NCBI GenBank assembly: GCA_035221665.1
Contig: CM069138.1
Coordinates: 23,002,001-23,066,000 of the forward strand
Direction: 5' to 3'
Length of the DNA: 64,000 nt
Source: Okamejei kenojei
Lineage: Eukaryota
Position 1 is the stretch's first letter. Each line of letters begins with the position of its first letter. Shown here piece by piece: positions 25,158-37,578 of the stretch. Under the pieces are notes generated by a model. It was not told the DNA's origin. It did no database searches and saw only the letters and a list, made by a program, of their open reading frames with translations. The position numbers and the translations under genes are program-made.

Positions 25158-25978
25158 TAATGACAATCATCTGGATCATGTTCCCTCTGATATCTTCCCA
25201 CACTGTGCAGTAATACACGGCAGAGTCATTGAGCATCACGTTTATGACATTCAGGATAAAGCTGCTGTTGCAGGGGTCTTTGAACGGCTGGAACTGGTCA
25301 GTGAAGTCTGGTCTCGTTCGTATGCTGACTCTTGCCTGATGTGTTAAATCCCACTCCATGTCCTGCCCAGGGAGTTCTCGGTACCACTGGACGTCAGTGT
25401 TTCCCACTTCAAGAGTAGAGGTCCTTCTGCAGTTGTACAGGGCCCTGGTGAGACCACATCTGGAATATTGTGTGTGGTTTTGGTCTGCTAATTTGAGGAA
25501 GGACATCCTTGCTATTAGAAACGTATAAAATTATAAAAGGACTGGATAAGCTAGATGCAGGAAAACATGTTCCCAATGTTGGGGGAGTCCAGAACCAGGG
25601 GCCACAGTCTAAGAATAAAGTGGAGGTCATTTATAACTGAGATGAGAAAAAACGTTTTCATCCAGAGAGTTGTGAATTTGTGAAATTCTCTGCCACAGAA
25701 GGCAGTAGAGGCCTATTCACTGGATGAATTAAAAAGAGAATTAGATAAACCTCTAGGGGCTAGCAGAATCAAGGGATATGGGGAAAAGACAGGCACAGGT
25801 TACTGATTGTGGATGATGAGCTATTGTCAGAATGAATGGTGGTGCAGGCCTGAAGGGCCAAATGGCCTCCACCTGCACCCATTTTCTATGTTCTCCATGG
25901 AGCACCGTAACCGTGCCGTGTCTTCCTCAGTGACACTCTCCAGCCTCTGGAATTGGACCAGGATTGAAGGATTTGCAT
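25158..25978 (-). pseudogene. V-set exon 4 (copy B), interrupted by CR1
   Basis: ANPSILVQFQRLESVTEEDTARLRCSMEN [CR1] EVGNTDVQWYRELPGQDMEW...YYCTVWEDIRGNMIQMIVI; acceptor aag| and donor A|gtaagt remain. Confidence 0.85.
25412..25889 (+). mobile_element. CR1 3' fragment inside V exon 4 (copy B)
   Basis: CR1 ORF2 end and 3' UTR between the MEN and EVG codons of the V exon. Confidence 0.85.
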
Positions 25979-27587
25979 CTTTAATGGGAATATATGTCTT
26001 CTTAAAAATACCCATTTAGCACAACCATGCTTGAAGAGTGCACAGAATCTAACACTTAATTTGTAAAATTGTTTTAGTCATACTAAATCATGCAAAATGG
26101 AGTCCATTTGATTAGGGCCATAGATGTGTACCACACAGCAATGGGCCCTTGTGATAATTAAAACCAGAGCAATGTCAATGAGTTCAGTGATCCTGCAATA
26201 TTATATAACCTGTGCATGGGGCCAAACAAAGTTCTAAATGGGTTTGTGGAGAGGTTTGCTCGTGCTCCTCAAGAGTTTAAACTAGTGAGACATGGGGTTG
26301 GGACCCAGAATCACAGCGGACTCATATGTAGAAAATGGAACAGGCATGTCCAGTGAAAGCATTGGCAGAGATGGGAGGGGGAGCATGAGAGGACCGGTAG
26401 GTTTATTTGCATTTACTTTAAAGCAAGAAGCACAGCAAATGAGACGGATGAGTTGAGAGTGTAGATCAGAACACAAGATTATGAGGGAAAGCGTGAATGA
26501 GGGAAGAGCTGTAATCTATTATTAATTAATTATTAAGTAAGTGAGGCATTTGGAATATATCATGACTGGGTGGAGTCAAAAGGTTTTTGTAAAGGAAATC
26601 ATATTCCACAAATCAGCTAATTTTTTGAGATTGCAGTTAGCAGCGTAGATAAGGGAAAACAAGCTGACGTGCATTTGGACTTTCAGAAGGCACAAGCTAC
26701 AAAGAAGGTGCAGATAAAAATTAACTCTCACACACACCTGTCTTTCCACTCGCTATTCATTACCCACCTCTAGCCCCGCTAGGTTCCTATATCTGCCACA
26801 TCTCCTCCCCCTCCCCCTTCCGGTCTACCTCACCATCCGCGCTCGGATTCTACATTTTATTTCACGCCTTCTTTTCTTATCAGAATTCATTATTTGTAAT
26901 TTTTTGTCTTCCCTGCTTATCACCTCCAGTTTTCGTTAATAACTTCCCCTATCCTTCCTGCACCTCATTCATCTGACAATCAACCCTTCCATATCTGAGT
27001 CTACCTGTCACTTGCAAGCTCCTGCCCCACCCTTACTCCCTCACATCTTTCCACCAGCTCTCTCCTACACCATCAGTCTGAAGAGGTCTTGACCCGAAAC
27101 ACTGTCTGTCCATTTACCTTCCCAGATGTTGGCTGACCTGCTGAGTTTCTCTGGAACTAATATCTACATTGGAGATCCTTCGACTATCTTTGATTAGACT
27201 TTACTAGCTTTATCTAGCACAAAACGTTATTCACATTATTCCCTTTATCGTGTATCTGTGGATGACTCAATTGTAATTATGTATTGTCTTTCCACTGACT
27301 GGCTAGCACGCATAAGCTTTTTACTGTACCTTGGTACACGTGACAATAAACTGAACTCAAACTCTAAAACTCAAGCTTGGCGTTTTCCTAAGCATTTCAT
27401 AATATTTCTTCTCCCATGTAATTATACATCTTTTGGATTTTATTAGCTAATCTATTCCTTTTAATAACTCAAGTTATCCTCTTTCTCTCCTTATTCTGAT
27501 TTGTTTTAGGAGGGATATGGGCCAAATGCAGGCAGGTGGGACTGCAATTTTGTTCAAACCAAGCTGTTTGAATGACAATAAAAAGCA

Positions 27588-27645
27588 TTCTGTTCTATTC
27601 TATTCTATTCTATTCTATTCTATTCTATTCTATTCTATTCTATTC
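27588..27645 (+). repeat. (TATTC)n microsatellite
   Basis: About 11 units. Confidence 0.95.
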
Positions 27646-27984
27646 CAGTGTAGCTCGGACATGTTGGCCGGTGTGGGCAAGTTGGGCAGAAGGGCCTGTT
27701 TCCATGCTCTATGACTATTTGACTTTATGCTATTAGTTGGTAATATCTTCCAACTCTGACAACTCAAACCCAAAGTGTAATCCTTGTTCATGCACAAACC
27801 ATTTGTACTTGTCTTTTCACACACTTTTCTATTTCCTAGCTGTTGCACTTTACACGCCAAGGATAACTCCCCCACTGTCTGTTTTACTCGGAGTGGTACA
27901 GAATTCCCATGTGTCGGTGAGTCATTGCGTGAAGGAATAAGTGTAAGCTGCTGTTATAGTCAGTGCAGGCAAACAATGACTTAT

Positions 27985-28099
27985 CAGTTACATTGAGCTG
28001 GGACCCTGTTCCATGGATGTAACTCCACACACTGCACTTGTAGACAGTAGTATCATTGATGGAGACATTGGTGATGGTCAGAATGTAACTGTTGCTCAT
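27985..28099 (-). pseudogene. V-set exon 3 remnant (3' third only)
   Basis: SNSYILTITNVSINDTTVYKCSVWSYIHGTGSQLNVT; donor reads G|ATAAGT (GT lost); 5' part replaced by the HERO-like element. Confidence 0.8.
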
Positions 28100-29120
28100 G
28101 GCTCAGGAAGAGGTCCGAGCAGGTGTGGAGGAGGAACATGTGAGCAGGACGGTGGGGCTCAGGCAGCACGGAGTGTGGACAAGGTGGGAGAGCATACCGC
28201 AGCAGAGGATTACCTGGTCAAATATCATGCAGGCAGACCTCTAGCATGTCCGGTTCCTTGACCAAGCTGTCTACGATGCCCTACCAAGTCCAGCAAACCT
28301 CCACGTCTGGGGCAAGAGCGAGACACCTTCCTGCCCATGTTGCACTGGAAAAGGATCATTAGAACCTCCTCATCAGCTGCCCAAAGTCCCTTGGGGAAGG
28401 TCGCTATTGGTGGCGCCATGAGCAGGTGCTCAAGGTGGTTGCTGAGAGCAAAGCCACTGCCATTGGTAACAGCAAACACCACCACGCTCCAAATAAATCA
28501 ATCACATTTGTCAAAGCTGGAGAGAAGCCTCAACCGCAACCAAAAACAAGGATGGGCCTCCTCTACACAGCCACTGACTGGCAGCTGCACATCAATCTAG
28601 GCAAACAACTGAAATTTCCACAGCACATCACAGCAACATCACTCTGGCCAGACATGATCATCCCCTCTGAAATGACAAAAGAGCTGATCATTCTGGAGCT
28701 GACAGTGCCCTGGGAAGAGTGTATTAAAGAGGCTAACGAGAGGAAACGCGCAAAGTACCAGGAACTGGTGGAGATGTGCCAGGACAGCAGCTGAAAGACA
28801 TACTATGAGCCCATAGAGGTGGGCTGTAGAGGCTTTGCAGGACGCTCACTGTGCAAAGTCCTCAACCAGTTGGGCATTACGGGGCTGGCAAAGAAGAGGG
28901 CCATTCAATCCTCAAGCGAAGCCGCAGAGAAAGCCACTAGGTGGCTTTGGATTAAGAGGGCTGATCCGTGGGCGGTTGCTGCTGGGACGCAAGTCGGGGC
29001 CTGACCAACCCCAGCTGGGAAGCCTGGCCGAGGGTGCTTGATGTTGCGAGACCTAAAACACCCGATGGCCCCAGGTCACATCACTGAGGATGCGTCCCAG
29101 CACATTTAGATGTATCTTTC
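28098..29120 (+). mobile_element. 5'-truncated non-LTR retrotransposon with restriction-like endonuclease (HERO-like)
   Basis: LPSPANLHVWG, CPCC zinc knuckle, WRHEQVL, WPDMII...ILELTVPWEE...ERKRAKY and EVGCRGF motifs. Confidence 0.8.
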
Positions 29121-31323
29121 ACACTGTGTGAATATACATGGAGCTCAATGTAAAGCATCATACTTCTCCAGCATTTAGTGTGTAACAGTTTCTAAAATTT
29201 GAATACCATCACATACTTCCCAGGGAGGCTCAGGATAATTGAAGAGTAAGATTGTCGAGGATGTCAAATTCTCTAGGCTTGCTGGCTGACCTTTTAAGTT
29301 AATCCAACAGCTTGTGCCTTTTGTTTTTTAATATATTGTTTGCCTTCTAAACTGCTCATTCTATCTATATGTTGATCTTATGTTATTTTGTGTATGGGAA
29401 CACACCCAGATTCTTCTGACATTACAGTCTCACAACATTCAGAAAAATACTTTGCATGTCTGATTTTCCTATAGAAGTGAATGATTAAATATTTCCAAGT
29501 TATAGTCCATCTGGCTTGTCCTGCTCTTTATACCTGTCTGTGCCTCCTGCAGCCTCCTCACATGTTGCATCACCTACCAACTAACCTGGTTATGTTATAC
29601 TTGGTGTCCTCATCCTCGATTGTAAACAGGTTGGGTCCCAGCACCAAACCCTGCACCACCTCTCACTAGTCACAGCCTCTCAGCTTGAATATCTGCAGTT
29701 CATTCCAGTTCCTCCAGGAGATTCTCCCATCTATGTGTCTGCTTGTGATGAATAATGGTCGATCTCGTCTACAGCTACTGTCTCCGCATGGCTCATTGGA
29801 AAAACCCAACCCTACTTTGCTAGTTACAAACATCTAACAACGTGAGCTTTAAAAGATTTCTCACTCATCATGTCCATTTCATACATCCACGTTGACTCTG
29901 TTCTTATACCTACCCTATTCTTCTGCCTTTTTGTTGGTTTCTTATCTTTCCTTTACTGCCGATGGTGCAATGAGTTATATTGGGGAATTTCAACCCTGCT
30001 TCACACTATTTAACATGGATTAGGGGCCCGTTTCAACACAATGCAGATGAGCAAAGGCTCAGATCCAGACAACAATGAACTGAGGAAGGGCATGAGCATA
30101 GGTGATCAACGTGTAACCTGTTTCATCTCAGCCAGTCCCAGAGCCCTGGCCTTGGCTCAAGTGACAGCCTTGTTGTTGCCTCTGCGCTGTGAGTGGCACA
30201 AGTATCAGTGATTCCTGGATGAAAACAAGCCTGAAGACTCGCCGGACGGCGGGACTCAAAAGGCTCATCGGTTGGCATGACCAGGAGAGAGCTGGATACA
30301 TCAGACACAAGGAGCAAGGGCTGGTGTGAGGTTGAACCAGGGAAATGCCTTCAGCGCCTCCAAGTAGGCTGTTGGACTTAACACAAAAGCTGTGATCGAG
30401 GACAGTCAAAAGCCCATAACTTTCTTAAAAATTAAGAGAACTGAATGAAATTTTCAGTTATTATAGATTGACGCATTCTGAAACAAATATAAAACATCTT
30501 ACTTGGATGACCTAAAATTAAAGTCTATAATTAGTTAGTTACCTTCTTCTTCTTCTTGCGTATGGCGTGCACAGCCTAAGGTTGTAGGACAACATTCGTC
30601 GAAACACGTTGTTAAGGCTGAATCATGTTAAAAATATAAGAAAAGCTTACAGCTTATATATAGTCTCAAAACAGGCTTTTCTCCGGTAGATTAATACAGA
30701 AAGGCAAGTTTAGGTTTGCCTCAGGTTGCTGTGTATTGAGATAATGAATACTATAACATTTGTCTACCAAGTGTGAGAGAGGAAGCAGAGAAGAAGCTAG
30801 ATTGATCTCATTAAGGGGCAATAACAAATGGCTGATCTCTTTGATATGAAAAATGACTTTGATGTGATGCATTCTGTAGAAACCTTTATTTTCCTGTACC
30901 TCTGACCATGACTAATGTCTGTGACATTAAAGGTGACAAAAAAACATTGTATAATACGATGTCATTCTGTTGTTCAGAGAAGTGGATGAGGACAGTGAAG
31001 TGTCTGTGTTGCTCACTTGAGTAGAGTTATCCCTCCCTTCCATCGACCGATAATAAGCAAAGTTTTGAACTGGTCTACCAAACGTTTGTGAGTTGTCTGT
31101 GTATTAAGAAGCGACCTGTTTAGTTGTTATAAAAGTAACTTTTTCATCGTGAAGGTTGCAATCTCCCACCCCAGTTAGATACCTAATTGTAGCTAATTAC
31201 AAAATTGATCGTTGTGACGGAAATTGTAATAAACACCCTTGAAAATTAAAAAATGTGATATTCTCAAGATCAGAACTTTAATATTATTGTATTATATGCT
31301 GTAAGTCCATAACAGATAGGTAA

Positions 31324-34300
31324 TTTTACTTCGGAGTCACGTAAGTGACTACGTGAAAAAACCCCGCCAGGCGCATGCCGTCATTACGTACGAAGCATGG
31401 CGCACTGATGGGCTGTAGAGCGCAGCTCCACCAGCGGTAAGTAACAAACCGGCAGGTAAGTGGTTTAAACAACTTTTTGCTGGTACGTAAACTCTGTAAG
31501 GCTGGTTCAGGAGCCAGCGGATGTACTCTCAAAATGGAGAGAGTAGCGAAAAAGAGTGCTGCCGTTCGCAGTAAGATACTCGTGGGACCGCGGTTAGTGA
31601 ACGTAGGTCGGGCAGGGAAATACCAGCTGCGGTAATGCCGGTTCCGAGTTCACCGACTGCAGAACCGCCGGCAGCTCAAATGCCTCCATCAACTCCGGTG
31701 CCTCAGGGCGCTGTGGCCACTCCAGTAGGGATGAAGGCAAAATGGAAATCAGTCAGGCCCGTTTATTCAGATGAGTCTGACCAAGAAGGCTCCCCTCCTT
31801 CCAACAAGAAGGTCTGGGGACGTCTCGATAAAATGGAAGAAAATGATAGAAACAATGATGAACCATGAAGTGGTCCAGTCGGGGTCGCATACCCCCAGGA
31901 TTCCCAACAACTTTCTGGAACAGCCTCAGTCAGAGGCCAATATGGCGAGGAGGACTACCAGCACGCCTATGAGTTCCAGTGGGAATCCCCCTCATCAGCA
32001 CCTTGTTTAGGGCTGGTCGAGAACTCCCTACAGCAAGGCTCGGGAGAGGCAGGGCAGGAGGATTCTGACCCTGAAGTTGGTGTCACTGCTCTTGTGCATA
32101 CCCCAAAGCACATGAGCCATGCTCCAGATGTGGCCAGAAATGTTGCCATTCTGGAGGGGACTGGTGAAGCCATGGAGGATAATCTGGCCAGTAACATAAA
32201 CTATATGCCCTCTCACCAGCTCCAGGACTCTATCATGGAGGAAACATCAACTCGTTACCAGACACCTGTTAACTTTGCATCGCTCAAGGTGCCCACCATG
32301 AACTCGGACATCTGGGCACAAATGAGCGCATCGATGAGGGGGCAGGAGCTCCGTTTCCAGAGAGTCCTCAAATTGGTGGGGGCGGGGATCACAGCACTTG
32401 GGCAAATGGTCCAAGGAGCGCCAATGTCGGGAACACAGCATGATATGTTGCCCCTGCTGTGCAATGCCCATTTCAAGATAAATTGTATCCGGAAGATCGC
32501 CAACAAGCCGACATTGAATCCACGCTTCGCAGCTCTCTGTAAGTCCTCCTACATCCAGGTACCACATTTTTAATTCGGTGAAGACCTGGCAAAACAGGTT
32601 AAAGACCTAGAGGAAGAGGCCAAAACCATCGACCTCATTAAGACCTACACACCCTCGGCCAGGATACCACATTGCAGGCCTTTTCCCTTCAAACAGGCTA
32701 CAGATGCTGGAGCAGGTCCAAGCAGAGGGTTGCCAATTGTACACCATCCATATGCACCTGTGCTCAACCCCAACATGGCCAGAAGATTGAGAAATTTGAG
32801 GTCGGCTATGGAGCTACGGGTAACTGATTCAGTCCACGATACATCCTCTGGGGGTAGGTTGCAATTGTTTTATGATGAATGGTGCTGCATAACATCCAAT
32901 CTGTTTATATTGGACAGTGTCTGGGGATCTCGAATTGAGTTTATGTCAGGAATACATCCACCTGCACAAAATATGCCTAGTCGGGTATTGGTTTTTTCAG
33001 GACCAGAAACTCTACAGGTGAATTATGAAATTGGGGTTTTTATTCCAAAAAGGGGTAATTGAAAGGACAGTATATCATCCTCAACAATTTGCGTCCAATA
33101 TATTCCCCAGGCAGAAAAAAGATGGAGGGTGTCGAATCATTCTGGACCTAACCGGTTAAATTCTTATGTCCAGTATAGGCATTTTAAAATGGATACTTTC
33201 AGTACTGCTAAGCAGTTGTTATCAAAGTTGTTATATGGCAACCATAGATCTGAAAGATGCATATTATTCAGTACCAATTCATCATCAGTACCGTAGATAC
33301 TTGAAATTTAGTTGGATGGGATAGCTGTGGCAATTTAAAGCGTTGCCCAATGGGTTAACCTCAGCTCCTAGGTTGTTTACAAAATTGTTGAAACCAGTTC
33401 TGGCGCTACTCCATGCCCAGAATCACATTGTGATGGCTTATTTAGATGATATTTTAATTGTAAGCAACACTCAGGAAGCAGCTGAGTAGTCGGTTTCAAC
33501 AACCAAACACCTGTTTCAGAGGTTAGGGTTCCTCATCCATCCAACAAAATTCAAGCTAGTACCATCTCGAATAATTGACTATTTTGGATTTGTCATTGAT
33601 TCAATTGATATGTCAATGGCTTTGCCTACGGCCAAGGCTGTTGAAATCATGGAGGTCCGTAGCAGTCTCGTCGAGGAGCAACACCCTCCATCCAGCAAGT
33701 AGCCAGTGTCATTGGTAAATTAGTGGCGGTTTTCCCTGCAGTGCAGTTTGGACCTCTCCACTGTCAGAGTTTGCAATGAGCTAGAGAACAAGCACTTAAA
33801 GAACATGCAGGTCACTTCGACAGACCAATGCAGTTGCCAGCCAAAGCCATCGGTGATTTGCAATGGTGGATAATCAATATCTCATGAAGTACTAAAAACA
33901 TTTTGACTCAACATCCTTCAGTGATTTTACAAACAGATGTCAGTGCTTCGGGATGGGGAGCCATGGATAGCGAGTCTAGCTGTGGTGGTAGATGGAGTGT
34001 GCAAGAGGAATTAATCCTGCAGAGGCATGGTATAAATTACTTAGAATTGCTGGGTGCATTCTATGGGCTAAAAGCATATTGTTCAGCAATGAATGATTTA
34101 CATGTTCAGCTCCAGATTGACAATACCATGGCTGTGGCTTATATCAATCACATGGGAGGAATTAGATCAGTATCATGTGATAACCTGGCTAACCTCACTT
34201 GGACTGGTGCATTTCCAGAAATATCTGGGTCTCAGCTATTTACATACCAGGTAGAGATAATGTGGTGGCGGACACCAGGTTATGGAAATTTAATGACAAC

Positions 34301-36139
34301 ATAGAGTGGATGCTAAATCCAAATGTTTTTAAAATGATTGTCAGCCGGTATGGTTTGCCAGACATAGATCTGTTTGCATCCAGGCTAAATCACCAGATAC
34401 CTAAATACGTTTTGTGGGAACCAGATCCAGGAACAGTAGCTGTGGATGCATTCTCGCTACATTGGGGAGGTACATTCTTTTACGCTTTTCCCCCCATTCT
34501 GCCTCATCAGGCAATGTCTCACCAAAATAGAGCAGGACTCCGCCTCAGGCTTTCTGGTGGTCCCTGACTGGCCCACACAGACATGGTTCCCATTGGTCCT
34601 GAGAATGATGACTCAGCCATTCATGAATGTCCCCAAGTGCAGTAATTTGTTGGTTCATCTGGTAACAGGAGAAAGTCATCCTTTACATGATCGTATTAAT
34701 CTGTTAATCTGCAGATTCTGACCAGACCGTTCCAAGGGTTTGGACTGTCCAGTAGGACCGTGGATGTGATGACTGCGGCTTGGAGAGATAGCACTAAAAA
34801 ACATTATATGTCTCATATTAAGAAATGGGAGATCTTTTGCTTACAGTCAGATATATCTTATCATACTGCAAGCATACCGGATGTATTGGAGTTCCTTGCT
34901 ACATTACATTTTGATGAACAGTTGAGCTATAGTACCATTAATAGTGCTCGGAATGTTTTGTCCTCCTATTTAGGGCAGTTTTCGGGACAACAAACTCTCA
35001 GGTCTCATCCGCTAATGTCCCGATTCATGAGAGGTATCTTTAACAAAAACCCTTCTAAGCCTAGATATACAGAAATCTGGGATGTGAGCATAGTTCTCAC
35101 ACTGCTTCGGCAATGGGCTCCAATCTCATCACTATCTTTTCAGAAGTTAACACTTAAAGTGGTTATGCTCATGGCGCTAGTATCAGTGCAACGGGTTCAG
35201 ACATTGCTAAAGCTACGTCTGGATAGATTGTATTCTTCTGTAGATAATATGACTTTTATGTATATGATTTAATCAAACAAAGCAGGCCAGGTATGGCCAG
35301 AACCAAAGTAAGCTTTAAAGCATACTGAAGGCTATGTGTAGTTACGCATCTGAGTCAATATATTGAGGTGACTAATAGTCTCAGAGGCACTGAAACAGCA
35401 ATGCTCATCAGTCACAAAAAAGCTCATAATAAGGTGTCAGTACAAACTATTTTTAGATGGTTGAAACAGGTTTTGAATTGTGCTGGAGTAGACACTCATG
35501 TGTTTAAATTTCACTCCACCAGGGCGGCAACAACATCCGCAGCAAAGGCACAGGACGTGCCTCTAGATCAAATCCTCAGGGCCGCAGGATGGTCTAGGGA
35601 ATCAACGTTTTCCAAGTTTTATGACAAACATGTCCTGGCAGTGCAAGGTTTTGGGCATGCTGTTTTGGGTTCCATTTGATTTATTTTGTAAATTTCATTT
35701 GTAATTTCCCCCTGGGATAGAGGGGTTATTACAGTTTTGTTTATTATTAAAATGTTTATTAAATAATTTAAGCAATGTTCAATACATTATTTGTTCAATC
35801 CTGTGGCAACTGAAGCATGTGACTACGAAGTAAAATAGTAAGATTTAATGAGAACTTATCAGTTTGAAGTTTGATCTTTATTTTTTGAGGAGTTACGATG
35901 AGGGATTTCGTGCCCTCCGCTCCCGACCCTCATAATCGCAAAGTTCATCTGGTAGTTCTAGTCTTCTGAGTCTTATCACAGTGATATCACAGTAACTATA
36001 GTTACTGTGATATCACGCCGCTGCTTTGAAGTTTGACACGCATGCCCCTGGCGGGGCTTCTTCACGTAATCCCTCATCGTAACTCCTCATAAAATAAAGA
36101 TCAAACTTCAAACTGGTAAGTTCTCATTTAATCTTACTA
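31324..36139 (+). mobile_element. Full-length DIRS1-type tyrosine-recombinase retrotransposon (decayed ORFs)
   Basis: Left terminus ttttacttcggagtcacg; inverted terminal match at 36040-36068; ICR at about 35818-35912 joins complements of both ends. Gag-like ORF, RT (AYLDD at about 33436), RNase H, methyltransferase-like DLFAS...YAFPP and YR (HSTRAA...FSKFY) are all present. Confidence 0.92.
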
Positions 36140-36238
36140 ATAAATTACAATTTCTAGCAATAGACCAAGTCTTTATGGAGAAGATCAGTTGCTACCTGGT
36201 ACATTGGCATATCATAATCAGTAGCATCATCATACTCC

Positions 36239-37401
36239 CGCATAGTAGATTAGTGGGCAAAATTAGGACACATGGTATTGGGGATAGAGTGCTGACATGG
36301 ATAGAGAAGTGGTTGGCAGACAGGAAACAAAGAGTAGGGATTAACGGGTCCCTTTCAGAATGGCAGGCAGTGACTAGTGGGGTACCGCAAGGCTCGGTGC
36401 TGGGACCGCAGCTATTTACAATATACATCAATGATTTGGATGAAGGGATTCAAAGTATCATTAGCAAATTTGCAGATGACACAAAACTGGGTGGCAGTGT
36501 GAACTGTGATGGTATGGAGGAGGATGCTATGAGAATACAGGGTGACTTGGAATGGTTGGGTGAGTGGACAGATGCATGGCAGATGAAGTTTAATGTGGAT
36601 AAATGTGAGGTTATCCACTTTGGTAGCAAAAAACAGCAAGGCTGATTACTATCTAAATGGCGTCAAGTTGGGAAAAGAGGAAGTACAACAGGATCTGGGG
36701 GTCCTTGTCCATCAGTCTATGGAAGTAAGCATGCAGGTACAGCAGGCAGTGAAGAAAGCGAATGGCATGTTGGCTTTTATAACAAGAGGAATCGAATATG
36801 GGAACAAAGAGGTCCTTCCGCAATGGTACAGAGCCCCAGTGAGACCACAACTAGAGTATTGTGTGCAGTTTTGGTCCCCTAATTTGAGGAAGGACATTCT
36901 TGCTATTGAGGGAGTGCAGCATAGGTTTACAATGTTAATTCCCGGGATGGCGGGACTGTCATATGGTGAGAGAATGGAGTAGCTGGGCTTGTACAGTCTG
37001 GAGTTTAGAAGGATGAGATGGGATCTCATTGAAACATATAAGATTGTTAAAGGCTTGGACACGCTAGAGGCAGGAAACATATTCCCGATGTTTGGGGTCC
37101 AGAACTAGGGGCCACAGTTTAAGAATAGGGAGTAAGCCATTTAGAACGGAGATGAGGAAACACTTTTTCTCACAGAGAGTGGTGAGTGTGGAATTCTCTG
37201 CCTCATAGGGCAGTGGAGGTAGGTTCTCTGGATGCTTTCAAGAGAGAGCTAGATAGGGTTCTTAAAAATAGTGGAGTCAGAGGATATGGGAAGAAGGCAG
37301 GAACGGGGTACTGATTGGGGATGATCAGCCATGATCACATTGAATGGCGGTGCTGGCTCGAAGGGCCAAATGGCCTACTCCTGCACCTATTGTCTATTGT
37401 C
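36239..37401 (+). mobile_element. CR1 LINE, 5' truncated
   Basis: [11 protein letters not shown] and KFADD RT motifs; tattgtc tail; flanking tactcc duplication (36233-36238, 37402-37407). Confidence 0.92.
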
Positions 37402-37578
37402 TACTCCTCAGATAGTAACCAATAAGCAACACTGTACACCTTGTTTTTCCTCAACTTTTCAATTTTGGCATTGTAAACTACAAGTTTTTGCTCTTCAAAC
37501 CATGCATAACATGCCTTTCTGCCCACTACTTTCCCATTAAGAATGTCCTGTAGATTAAATATCTTAAGAAAAGGATAA

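Larger units (their letters stand above)
16584..29143 (+). repeat. Direct duplicate of 3588-16057, probably a contig-overlap or haplotig artefact
   Basis: Colinear over about 12.5 kb; each copy degrades with 1-bp indels toward the gap. Confidence 0.9.

Noticed and set aside
25108-25506. 132-aa ORF as an intact Ig gene
   Set aside because: Chimera of antisense CR1 sequence and the 3' part of the disrupted V4 exon.
16584-29143. A second paralogous receptor gene from real tandem duplication
   Set aside because: The indel gradient toward the gap in both copies fits an assembly overlap better.
29144-30375. Missing 5' part of V exon 3
   Set aside because: No Cys/Trp V-domain pattern was recognisable by eye on the minus strand beyond the HERO-like element.
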